From contig NW_025963791.1 of assembly GCF_023055435.1 (NCBI RefSeq), forward strand, positions 17,794,001 through 17,858,000: a stretch of 64,000 bases of DNA. Direction: 5' to 3'. Both the position numbers and the translations under genes were made by a program. The stretch comes from Haliotis rufescens. Its lineage: Eukaryota. Shown here in pieces: positions 24,565 to 36,237 of the stretch (its first letter is position 1; every line of letters begins with the position of its first letter). The notes beneath the pieces are model-generated. The model ran no database searches. It had not been told where the DNA came from and saw nothing but the letters and a program-made list of their open reading frames with translations.

Positions 24565-25017
24565 ATGTTTGTGTCAGGTCATTTGAATGAACTAAGTCAC
24601 GTTGCTCAGGGTTTGCCTGCCAAGGAAGGGAGAATAAAACAGTTGTTGTTTTGGTGGTCCAAAAGAAAGCAATCTTACATTACTCATATTGCCATATTTA
24701 CCCACACCAATATTGTGGAAAATCTTGCTTCAAATTGGAACTATATATCGACACAACAGTCTTTACAACATGTAACTTTTCATGATGACTCAGTTGAACG
24801 TATCTTTGGGAACAGCTACATGATGTACCAATTTGCAATTATTTCCCATGAAGGATTCAAGATTCTATTTGTCAGAAGATTGGATGGACTTACATTTGTT
24901 GGAAGATTGTTCTGGTGGGTAGAATCACTTTTGTGTACTGGCATTTTCTCCAAGCCATACAGTTGTTGGATAGCCATGGAAGCATTCAAGCATTTCACTG
25001 GACATTCTATTTATTGA
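24565..25017 (+). CDS. Unknown ~150-aa ORF inside the Merlin element
   Basis: atcATG two bases after the previous stop; MFVSGHLNELSHVAQG...FTGHSIY*; stop lies 6 nt before the transposase ATG. Confidence 0.4.
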   Translation: MFVSGHLNELSHVAQGLPAKEGRIKQLLFWWSKRKQSYITHIAIFTHTNIVENLASNWNYISTQQSLQHVTFHDDSVERIFGNSYMMYQFAIISHEGFKILFVRRLDGLTFVGRLFWWVESLLCTGIFSKPYSCWIAMEAFKHFTGHSIY

Positions 25018-25023
25018 AACATC

Positions 25024-25917
25024 ATGGAATGTGATTTAATTCAGATTGGTGCGATATGTAATAACTTTGAAAAGACCTGTGATTTTATGAAAGAAAACAA
25101 TCTGATAGCTTCAACAATGAACTGTGATAAATGTAATATGTCTATGTCATGGCAGAAAGATAAAAAGAACAAATCAGATGGCCATGTGTGGCGTTGTACT
25201 AAATGTAGAAAATGTAAATCTGTTAGATTTGGAAGTTTCTGGGAAGGCCAGAAAGCTTCACTTGGCACACTGTTAATGATTTTGTACCTTTTTTGCCATG
25301 ACGTTCCCGGTCACATCACTGTAAAAATGTTGAGCGTGTGTGAGAACACTGTGTACAACTGGTACAATTTATACCGTGATTTAATGTCCCGTTCTCTTCT
25401 GGACGATCCTGTTGTCCTTGGGGGTGTTGGTCATGTGGTAGAAATGGATGAAAGTAAATGGGGGAGGAAGAGAAAATACAACATGGGTTCCAGTCAGGGC
25501 ATTAGAAACTTTTGGATCTTTGGCCTTATAGATAGGCAAAGTAAGAAGGTTCTGCTTTTTAATGTTCATGACAGAACAACAGACACCCTATTGCCAATAA
25601 TCATTGCCCATGTTGAAGTCGGTACACAAATAATTACTGATGAATTCAAATCCTATATTTGTCTACAAAAGGCAGGGTATGCCCATGACACTGTAAAACA
25701 CAAGGATGGTTATGTGAACCCCAAAACTGGGGCCCATACCAACTCCATTGAAGGATTTTGGGGCAATGCAAAGGCAAAGTTTAAGTCAATGCATGGTGTC
25801 CCAAGAGAACAGTTAGCTGCTCATCTTGATGAGATTATGTTTCGATGGAACAACAAGAATGAATGTATGTTTACCCTCATGCTTGGCCTTATGAACAAAT
25901 ACTACAAATTTGTATGA
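25024..25917 (+). CDS. Intact Merlin / ISXO2-like DDE transposase (297 aa)
   Basis: N-terminal zinc ribbon CDKC...WRCTKC, HTH-like region, catalytic motifs VVEMDES, IITDEFKSY, HDTVKH, HTNSIEGFW, HLDEIMFR. No stops or frameshifts. Confidence 0.92.
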   Translation: MECDLIQIGAICNNFEKTCDFMKENNLIASTMNCDKCNMSMSWQKDKKNKSDGHVWRCTKCRKCKSVRFGSFWEGQKASLGTLLMILYLFCHDVPGHITVKMLSVCENTVYNWYNLYRDLMSRSLLDDPVVLGGVGHVVEMDESKWGRKRKYNMGSSQGIRNFWIFGLIDRQSKKVLLFNVHDRTTDTLLPIIIAHVEVGTQIITDEFKSYICLQKAGYAHDTVKHKDGYVNPKTGAHTNSIEGFWGNAKAKFKSMHGVPREQLAAHLDEIMFRWNNKNECMFTLMLGLMNKYYKFV

Positions 25918-26882
25918 ATATTTGAATGAACCAATTTGATCAATTCTGATCTCTTGATGAGAATGTAATCTACTGATTATCTCATTTATCAATTTGCCCA
26001 TTGTGCTTGGAAATATAGAAATGTTTCCATCAAGTTCATATGAACATAGCATCAGTTATTGTGACACTGTTACCCTTTACAATGTTTGTGATGTTCTTGA
26101 CAATTCAAACATACATGTATCATGAAGGACACATGTATGTCAATAGTTTGACAGATAGTGCTACAAAGATTTCTATTCATCATCTGTGCAGATGATTCAA
26201 GTTGCCTAAATTGTGTTTCCAGTATTCAGTGTGAAATATGATATTGTTTCCATCAATATCAAACTCAATCATTGTGATAATCATGACAGAGTGCAGAATC
26301 ATTGTATGTTGTTTTGTTTTTAAACTGTTATTCTTAAACGTTCCTGAGATTGACATGTTATATGCTGGTGTTGCCACTGATATGTCAGATAGTTCCTGTT
26401 TAAATAGTTCTGGTGAAACTAACCGTGATAGAAATGACGTGTGGGTGAGTGTTTCATAAATAAATTTTCATTACCATGATTAGAATTTTGTTCCCATTAA
26501 AATACCCACACTGGGTATTTTGTTTGTGACATTATAGAATTTGTTACTGTTTCTATCTAATTAAAATATTTGTGGAAGGTAAATATCAATGTGTATTGAG
26601 GACGCTGACATGTGAGTTCATATTTGAAAAGATAAAATGAAACAGAGTTCCCATCAAAAGCTGCTATTGTGATGACAAATACTAAATGATCTGAATGTCA
26701 TTGTTATATTGCTACTGATGTCACATGTTTGGATGAAATGATATGTTGAGTCCTTTTGTTTTGTTATGAATTACCGGGTAATAAAATGTCAGTTTATAAT
26801 CTTCAGAATGTGTTTGTGTTTACTTACTGTGATGGTCTTTCATTTAGAAAGGTAAGACTAGTAGATTTACTCAGATCTTAGA

Positions 26883-27700
26883 ATGTGGGCCCACTCAGAA
26901 AAATCTCTATAGAGATAAAAAAAAAGTGGGCCCACATTTCGGTTTTCACTCTATTGCCTTGTTTTGAAGGTGAGCTCATTTGTCTTTCTGTTTTATAACT
27001 ACGGTCAAAATAAAAAAAAATAATGGTAAGAATTGTATTGATTTACACATTTTTTAAAATGTGGGCCCACTCAGAAAAATCTCTATAGAGATATAAAAAA
27101 AAGTGGGCCCACATTTCTGTTTTCACTCTATCGCTTTGTTTTGAAGGTGAGCTCATTTGTCTTTCTGTTTTATAACTACGGTCAAAATATAAAAAAATAA
27201 TGGTAAGAATGGTATTGATTTACACATTTTTTAAAATGTGGGCTCACTCAGAAAAATCTCTATATAGATATAAAAAAAGTGGGCCCACATTTCGGTTTTC
27301 ATTCATGACGCATACAGTTTCGTTGGTGATATCATTTGTCATTCTTTTTCATAACAACAGTTCCATTACTACAGTCAATAGATTAGTTTTAATATGGTGA
27401 GATTTGTGGATCTACTGATTTTTTAAAATGTGGGCCCACCCATCAGAATCTCTATAGAGATAAAAAAAAAAGTGGGCCCACATTTCTGTTTTCACTCTAT
27501 CGCCTTGTTTTGAAGGTGAGCTCATTTGTCTTTCTGTTTTATTACTACGGTCAAAATAAAAAAAATTAATGGTAAGAATTGTATTGATTTACACATTTTT
27601 TAAAATGTGGGCCCACTCAGAAAAATCTCTATATAGATATAAAAAAAAGTGGGCCCACATTTCGGTTTTCATTCATGACGCATACAGTTTCGTTGGTGAT
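26883..27700. repeat. Subterminal tandem repeats of the Merlin element (~175-bp units with palindromic gtgggcccac pairs)
   Basis: Repeated aatgtgggcccactcagaaaaatctctatagagataaaaaaaagtgggcccacatttc units, five copies of the paired motif. Confidence 0.85.
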
Positions 27701-28739
27701 ATCTACAATTATCCTCAATTAATAAGATGACTAGGATTATGAAATGGCCTACCTTTCATGTCTCAGATATTTGTTCCACACCACAAGATGCTGAGTGTTT
27801 CAGTAAGAAAGTCCCTCCGAAATGTGGGCCCACATCTGTTACCCTCTTATAACCAGCTAGTAAGTGATCCACAATTCAGTAATGTTGACATAAACTTGTA
27901 ACAATCGTGAGTCATACTACTGTTGTTCGTATTGATGGGAATGATTCACTAAATAGAATACCCTGTGCAGTTTTAATGATGAACTAAGTGACAGGCGGAA
28001 CAGATTATCGCTTTCACAGCGCCATGTTTTTTCTCGGATACGTAACTAAACAGCATAGCTCCAATGTATATTTAGAGTTAGCTCCCTTTGACACTCGAAC
28101 CACTGATAATGCGGTTTCGCCATTGATAGTGTATCAGGGGATCCATTAATTTGGAATGTGACATGTTATAGTTTAAGAACGATGCATATGCTTGGTTGTC
28201 ATAATGGACGTTGGTGTGCATCAACACCAAGTTGGATTTTTGGTAAAAGTAAGAAGTAATTATTCCAGTTGCTCTAATGATCACATGTCCCTATACCAAT
28301 TGTAATTATAAATTCAAAAAAATATGTTGTAAGGTTTTTGCAGTATTTGTAAATAAAAATGGATCTGGAACTCTTTTCACAGTGTTCTTGTTGTTAGCAT
28401 AATCCTTTTTTCCCCCGCAGGAATTGGTAATAACCGTATTTATGAAGATGCTCCCCTGACCATAACACAATATATGTCATTGTCATAGATATGTCTTCAG
28501 TTTATCCGTTGGCGTTTTTTATGTCTTAAACTTTCAGGACCAAACGTAATATGCATTCAACTGTAATGATGACCACAAGGAACACCAACCGGTATCAAAA
28601 TTGTTATTTATTAGGCTGTGTAAGAAAAATCCGTTTTTTTTCTGTTTGTATTTCTACAGATCGAATTTTTTATAGTTATGTGAATGTTTATTTTGTGGGC
28701 TGATGGCCAGTCAACAAAGAAATACAGATGTGCACATTG

Positions 28740-29005
28740 GTTGGTTGGTTTGTTGTTTAACTCCGCACTCAGCAATATTCCAGCTATATGACGGCGGTCT
28801 GTAAATAATCGAGTCTAGACCAGACAATCCAGTGATTAATATCATGAGCATCGATCCACGTAGTTGGGATCGATGACATGTATCAACCAAGTCAGAGAGT
28901 CTGACCACCCGATCCCGTTAGTCGCCTCTTACGACAAGCATAGTCACCTTTTACGGCAAGTATGGGTTACTGAAGACCTATTCTATCCCGGAATCTTCAC
29001 GGGTC
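28740..29005 (-). mobile_element. SINE family A copy
   Basis: Reverse complement of 5001-5268; 12-bp TSD atgtgcacattg. Confidence 0.85.
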
Positions 29006-29813
29006 ATGTGCACATTGCATGACATTTACTTACAGGTTGAATTGATCAATGATGGCAACAGAAAAGCATTAATAGTGAACTAGAGACACCGCCCCCCCCC
29101 CCCCCCCCCTCCACACAAACACACACACACACACCAACCCACACCAACCCACACCAACCCACACCACTCCTTTCTGGTTCCCCTTTCCCTGATGTTAATG
29201 ACCTACGTTAATTCTAGAACGAAATCAAACACATTGTGACTGTGAATATTGTGAAATCTCCGTGAGTATATGAAAGATACACTTTCATAAATTAATTATT
29301 GCTTGCTTTAGAATCTGGTCGCTTGTCATAAATCTAACCATACCTGGAAACTTATAACCTACTTAGGATTAACCTTTCCTGTACGATTCCTACTTTATCA
29401 TGAACACATTTGAATGAGCTGGAGAACAATGTGTTGTCTCGGGGACACGAATCAAATTTGCTAGGACTGCTAGTTAGCCCGAGCATTGTCCCTCTTCAAT
29501 TGGATTTCCAAACATCCTTGTAGAATATTTAAACTAAAGGCCCTCATGATCACTGATGTTTGTGTTTTTTTCACGGTAACAGGTCATACAAAAATGTGGA
29601 ACAAATCTAAACTCACGGACTGCCATTTGGTATAAAGAACACGGATGTAGCTTATTGATATACCATATGAAACCATGTTTACAACCTTATGTTTGTTATA
29701 AGGATATCATGGGGTATTGAAAAACGTAAGATTACACGCAGGTTCTTATACAGTTCTAAATAATGGCAGTTCAAATACAGTGAGAGTTCATGTCACGAAC
29801 TTTCCAAACATGC

Positions 29814-30142
29814 GTCCGCCCGGAGAGCGGAAGGTCAGGGGTTCGATCCCGGGCCGCGTCATACAAAAAGACGTTAAAAGATTGTACTTGTTGTTACCCT
29901 GTCTGGCGCTCGGCATTAAGGGGCTAAAACAAGGACTGGTCGGCTCGGAGTCAGTATACTGTGTCTGAGTGGGGTATTCATGTTAAACTGCGGCATGGTA
30001 TCTCAGTGAGCTAGCACTATAAATCGGCATCAGTCTGGACTAGTACAAGCAGCCACACACACACATACACGTGCATGCACGTCGCTATATAAGTGCAATA
30101 ATCTTGGACGCGACGTTAAACCCAATTTCACCTCACCTCACC
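29814..30142 (+). mobile_element. tRNA-derived SINE family D copy (5'-truncated)
   Basis: B-box ggttcgatccc, tail gacgttaaacccaatttcacctcacctcacc, 11-bp TSD tccaaacatgc. Confidence 0.8.
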
Positions 30143-31098
30143 TCCAAACATGCAACCCTGACATTCTCGTCTCAATTGTAGAGTGGGTATGAGAGAGAGA
30201 TAACAGCAGTCGCCTTGTATGTAATAACCGCTATATTGTGTAGAGATCTCGTGACATTCTATTACACCAGAATGTACTCCCGACGACTAATCTCAGTAAC
30301 CAGACAATATCAAATTGTAAAATTATGGGGCTGATTGTAGAGTTTATTTTTCCCAATATCTCAATCGCCGGTTGTACAGCTTTAAAATGTCACTTCCTGT
30401 AGTTTGGGGAAAAGGTCACGTCCTGTTGTTGGGACTACACAATCGGTATTCCTTGTCATAACGTTATGAATACATGTTTGAGAGTTGTAAACTGATTAAT
30501 ACATGATATATTTTATGTTATACACCACATTAAAACTGACATCGATCCAGTCTGTATTTTTTAAAGCTAGTATTGTTACTTGTGATGCAACGTAAAGTAG
30601 CACGGTGAACAAGTTCAGATTACTCCGCCTGCCTCCCGAAGAAGGAATCTCACAAAAGAGGACAGTGGTAAACAACTGTTATTCATAGATAATCGTTGGT
30701 CACGTGAATAAGTCGTTAATTTGGTTGGAGACTCTCTTAACTGTATTCCCGATTTATCTTCCAAAGTCGATACCTAAACATAGAATCAACACACAAAGCA
30801 CTTTTATTACCTCAGTAATGATTTTTTTGTCGTGACTTACATATTTTGCTGACGTGTAACATGTTCAGATAGTCAAAATAAATATCGATGGCCACTATGT
30901 AGATCGGTACCAATTGGTAGATGTTAATATAGGGGACTATTTGTTTATCCACAGGGCGCGTGCGGACTTGTTTTCGTGTTCCGCGTCAGTTAATAATAGC
31001 AATGATCACACAGTAAGTGTGGCTTCCTTCACACATATTTAAAATTAGGTATGAACATGCTTCCTGGAAGCATATCTGCGTGTTTACTGAACAGATTA

Positions 31099-32273
31099 CA
31101 CTCTTAAAAAACACGCACAGGAAGATTTTTAGTAAATGTATTGTATCTTATAAAGTCGATATATTTAATTTAATAGTTACATGTTGTTACTCATAACCAT
31201 CATAACTCATGACTTCTGCGCCATTCTGCTTGTAACGCGTTGGCCAGTTGTGGGAGTGTCTGCGGCGTGTTCTGACGTTGACGTACACGTCGATGGAGTT
31301 CATCACAGAGGTGTTCGATTGGATTGAGATCTGGAGTTGATGTTGGCATTATGAGGTAATCTACCGTGACACGAGTTGTGTGCGGTTGAGCGTTGTCCTT
31401 TTGAAACAGCTCCCCTGGCGGTCAATGATTGGAAGAAGGTGAGGTTGAAGAATTAGATTCATGTAGCGATTTGCTGTCAACTTCCCCTGAATCACAACCA
31501 AGTCAGATCTCGTGGTGTAGGATATTGCACCCAACACCATGACACCGCCGCCAGTGTCTTTAATTCCAAGGATGTAAGGTATGGCACCAACGCAAGCGTC
31601 GCTGTCGATGGATCTGGTGCAAAACAGGGTCGGGATTCCAGCCTCGCGAAGATGGTTCCTGACAGTCTGGTCCGATATCCTCCTCAAACCAGGGATGCGT
31701 CCTGCAGTCTCCATAGCTGTGGCATGGTGGAACAGTCGAATGTAGCGATCCTGTGCAGGGGTGGTAACTCTTTGTCGACCGGTTCTCGGACTGTCTGCAG
31801 TGGAATTGAACTGTGTGTGTCGGTCACAAAGGCGGCAAATGGTGCTGTGGTGAACGTTGAAGTGGCGTGCAACAGAAGACTGCGATTCCCCTCTTTGGAT
31901 ACGTCCTATGGCGATGTTCCGATCGGCAGCGCTGAGTCTCGGTATTTTTAATTTGAAAAATGTTGACATATCAATGACACATTTTTGTCTTATGCTTGCC
32001 TTTTTATAGCCACTACCACGAGTTACGAATGCCATAACTTTCACCGGCATTTTGCCTTACTGTTTTCCTCCATGACATTTTTTAACAAGTGTGAAAACAA
32101 TACCGTTTAAGACATTGCAAATCGACAATGGCTGTGGTTTGACGCACCGTTTGTCGAATATCAGGCCACCAACATTTTCCGATAACATATATCCAATTTA
32201 TATACCGGATTTCTTTGTGTAGTTAGGTTCAGTGAACTACATACTACCTGTGCGTTTCATTTTTTGAAGTTTG
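31099..32273 (-). mobile_element. Defective Tc1/mariner element
   Basis: Tc1 transposase N-terminus PRLSAADRNIAIG...VARHFNVHHSTI...PRTGR...ISDQTVRNHLREAG and VMVLGAIS...ILQPHLLP with deletions and frameshifts. Degenerate TIRs (cactcttaaaaaa..acgcacagg / cctgtgcgtttcattttttgaagtttg) flanked by TA. Confidence 0.8.
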
Positions 32274-33497
32274 TATGTGTAGCCGTTATGTGTGGTTCTA
32301 TCCATAACAGATTATGCCTGGACATATTTTATCTTTGTAGTAGAATTTAAATGTTATTATCATTACATATACATGTACCGAAACAGGGTTGTTCACCCGG
32401 TTGGAGTGGCTCTTACTTTTAGTTACTCATTGTTGGTAATATCCGTTTTGTTTATGAAACAAGAGGCTAGGTGAATGGAAAACGTATACTAAATACTCTA
32501 ACCCGTTCGAGGATTTATTAAATTTAATTTGAAAAAACAACAACACACAGGAACCACAATACACGTCGACATGTAAAGATCTGAAGCGTTAAGTTGAGAC
32601 AGTTATTTTCACGCACTGTTGGCACTGTTGTGATGGAAATCGAAATAGATGCATTATGTTGCACATGTAGGCCCCAAAAGGAGTGTAATACGTACCCTCA
32701 CCCCCACCCCCACCCCACAACAGAAAAAAACTACTACTACATGTAGTTGTGACACAGGAAATTAAATCTACCCGACAGTTCGACAACACTGGCCGTGTAG
32801 ACTAACAAGACTTTGAGTGATTTTGTGGCGAGTTGCGGGCATTATTGCATAATTCGTTTGCAGACACCGCGTATGTATATGGAAACTGCCATTGTACCTG
32901 CTGTAATTGATGGGGTGGTTCACGTGATAACATACGGCACTATCAGTGGTGATGGACGGCGCCTTTGAACTCGCCTCCGACGATGATAACATAACAGCCA
33001 TAATGTGTTTTTACCAAACTGGATATGACAATTCAATATTTTTAATATGGAGCTAAATGTACATATGCGTTGAGAGACATGTTATTATTAAACTGGTGGT
33101 AAAAGGAGACATAACGACTTTATTGCGTAGCTACTGACTGATTCATTTAAGCATGTTTTATTGTCAAGAAACACTGAATTATATACACTACAAGAGATAG
33201 TACACTGTAGAAACATGCACAGCCAGGTACTTATTTAAACAGACTTAGTATTATGTTAAAATACCTATAGGTGCAACAATAATATGACATGTTTCTTCTG
33301 AAGAATTGGAAAATTATATATTTCTTTAAGTCTATATTATATCATAATGTTCATGAATTAATATTAACATGCTTAATTCATCAAGTGGGTCTATTTTACC
33401 AAATATAATTGTTGTGAAATCAAATTTTCACCAAAATTCGTAATGAGAATATTTTTGCATGATGCAGATCGTATTGTTGTACCAAGAGAAGGAAGTG

Positions 33498-34996
33498 ATG
33501 GGAATTTGCTCAAAAGATTTTTACTGGGAAGCAGTCTCTGGCACCTGTCAGCCTTGTGATGAACTCTGCCACCAAGCCGATGTCAGGGGGACAGGCGCAC
33601 GCTGTAGAAAACTGTGTCCAGGTACCATGGAATTCATATAATTAAAACTGATGAAAAATCTAATACGAGATGTGCAAGAAATATGACACAATATAAAGTA
33701 TTAGGAGACTCGTCCAAACATTTCAGTTTGATACATTGACAACTGAAATAGATGTATTCACCTGTATTTAACATCCTTTCAGATCTTGCTGTGAATATAC
33801 TGTTTCATGTTATAAGTGGTAAACTATCGCTTTTAAAAGTATGATCTAAAATTATAAAAGCTCGGGACTTGTATGAAATTGATATATTGCATGTCTATAA
33901 CATTACTGTGTTTCAGTGTCGCTGCCGGAGCCTGTGACAGCTTTATTGAATGCTCCAACTGCAACAACGTCTGCAACTCTACTATCAGACGATACCTCAA
34001 GTAGTGAACGATGTGAGGTTCCAAGTATCTAGTGCATAATAGGGCATTATATACAAATTTTTATACCAAAAGTAGTTGGTGTATTGTCTCGATCAAACGC
34101 ACAGAATACTAGCAGTACATGTGGTATGATATGTAAAGAATGTAGTATTTCTTTAATACCTTATGAACAATCTGCAAAAGATGCACGTCACGTTATGAAT
34201 ATCCAAACCATGTTAAACTATTACCTCATACCATTTATTGTTGTCATAAAATATCTAACCCCGTGGGGATTCCGGGTTAGAATTGATCCCCAGAAACCTA
34301 TGCTGGGCTGGCTAATTGACTTAGTTCATCGCATGCCATTGACCCCGTTGCTCATAACATCAATCACTGCATTGTCTGGTCCAGACTCCATTATTTATAA
34401 CCCGCCGCCATATAGCTGGAATAATGATTGCTGCAGAGTTGAGCAACAAACAATTAAGTGTCTCGATTTAGTTTGTGCACATGCAATTTGTTTGAGTAAT
34501 TGAAGGCAACAAAGTTGAACAAAACGAAAATCTGTCATGATGAAGTCATTTGGACTCACCATACTATAATTGTAATAACCGAGCCATGCTTTTGAAATTC
34601 TGGGGCAACTTAAACAATCAATGGAGATCTATTTGACAGATTTGTGCTCGGAACTGCCTGTTAAATAAAATGAGCGCCTTCTTACCAATGGTTATTTGCA
34701 CCAGTTTATGTTTTTTGACAAAAGAAAGCTTGATTTGAACCTTACTAAGGATTACGTTAGATTGATCTTATGTGTTATAATAAATATTTAGCTGAATAAA
34801 CAAATAAGGGTTTTTTTCAGATGGGTATGGGGCGGCAGAATATGCTGTCGTTATACTGGCTGTGAGCATCCTCCTGATTTCTCTGGTGTCCTCGGCAGTT
34901 TTGTTCAGAAGAGAAATATATTTGATCTTTTACAGGCTAAAAGTAAAGTACTGTCAACGTTGTAAACCCAGTTCAAATCTGAGAAGACAAGTATAA
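33498..34996 (+). CDS. Receptor gene 6: leaderless single-CRD TNFR-like membrane protein
   Basis: Exons 33498-33621 (MGICSKDFYWEAVSGTCQPCDELCHQADVRGTGARCRKLCP), 33917-34012 (stalk VSLPEPVTALLNAPTATTSAT...), 34821-34996 (YGYGAAEYAVVILAVSILLISLVSSAVLFRRE...SNLRRQV*). TM exon clearly homologous to gene 2. Confidence 0.85.
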
Positions 34997-35981
34997 TAGT
35001 TTGCGTCTGTTCGATTTTATCCTATTTTTCTTCATTACTGCCATTCTTATTTTAAGCCCATTTATCAAAATCAGAGAATGTTTCCTCGTTTTCAAGTCCG
35101 TATTCTATCTCCTAAGATGACCCAAATCTGAAACTATAGTAGAGACACATTTTTTCGATTGTTCAAACAGACACACCAGCACGAATGTTAATTAGAACAT
35201 GAAATGTATAACAAATGTAAATATGAATGTATTCTATCATATTGTATCTTCAGGCTTCATTTCCCAATCAATTGAAAATAATTATTACTATTTTCAAGCA
35301 GTTCTGAAAATGTATTTTCGATTAGTGTAATATAGCTAAATTAAAGAAAATTAGTTATCAGATTTTTCAGATTTGATCATTTCATATAAAATAAATTGGA
35401 TGTCAATTTGCGTTGCGTTTTATTACTTACTGTAAAGGAGGGTCAATGAACATGATGGCGAGTTAATCAAATTTAAACCCATGTTCATAAATGCTTGGAG
35501 TGTTTATTCCACTTAACTTGTTGATATTAAATTTACGATAAAATCTATAAAATGACGATGTGATTTTGCAACGTGTGTATTGAGGTTTCACGCGAAAAAA
35601 GTAGACCCAGTCGGAAGAAGCAATAAATGGAATGAATCGATATCGACTGCAGGGTACATTCAGTCTGCAGTCTTGCTCTATGTAAATTGCAAACAAGCGC
35701 AAAGGCGCACAAACAAAGACCTGTCATATTTGTGAAGAGTATTGTTTATTTTTAAAGCTGCGAACAGAAAGTTACATGGGTGTATAATAATATTTATGTG
35801 AACAGTTCATCATATCCCAGAATGTATACAATGTGACAATTTAATATTTAAATGAAGATACATGTTGCTCGTAAATATAAAGTTATCTAATAGTATTAAG
35901 TCCAAATGCCCAAGTTGATTTTACAAAGTTTTGATAGATATATTAATTGACCTCTCCAAAAAATCTCGGAAGCGAGATTTT

Positions 35982-36099
35982 GGGAATTCCCATTTACGTC
36001 ACAGTCCGGTCATGTGACCTAATATTTGTGGTGGCGTGATCCATATAGGTCATCTGCCACAAAGGTCATCCGCCATAGTGAGATCCAGGGTATAAAATA
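35982..36099 (+). promoter_or_regulatory. kappaB + CRE-like composite and TATA box upstream of gene 7
   Basis: Palindromic GGGAATTCCC at 35982-35991 followed by TTACGTCA; tataaaa at 36091. Confidence 0.55.
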
Positions 36100-36237
36100 G
36101 GGAATGTTTCTATCAACGATTTAGAATGGTCTGCCCCACCACCAAATCCTGGAGGGTCACTACAGACCCCCTAAATCAGTACTGGGGTGACGTAACACTG
36201 GAAAGAAGACTTGATTTGGATAGAGTTTATCACTCTC

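Larger units (their letters stand above)
23691..27843 (+). mobile_element. Merlin-superfamily (IS1595/IS1016-like) DNA transposon, ~4.1 kb
   Basis: Contains the transposase at 25024-25917. Both ends carry the gtgggcccacatt motif in inverted orientation (degenerate TIRs). Subterminal tandem repeats at the right end. No clean TSD found, so the ends are approximate. Confidence 0.7.
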
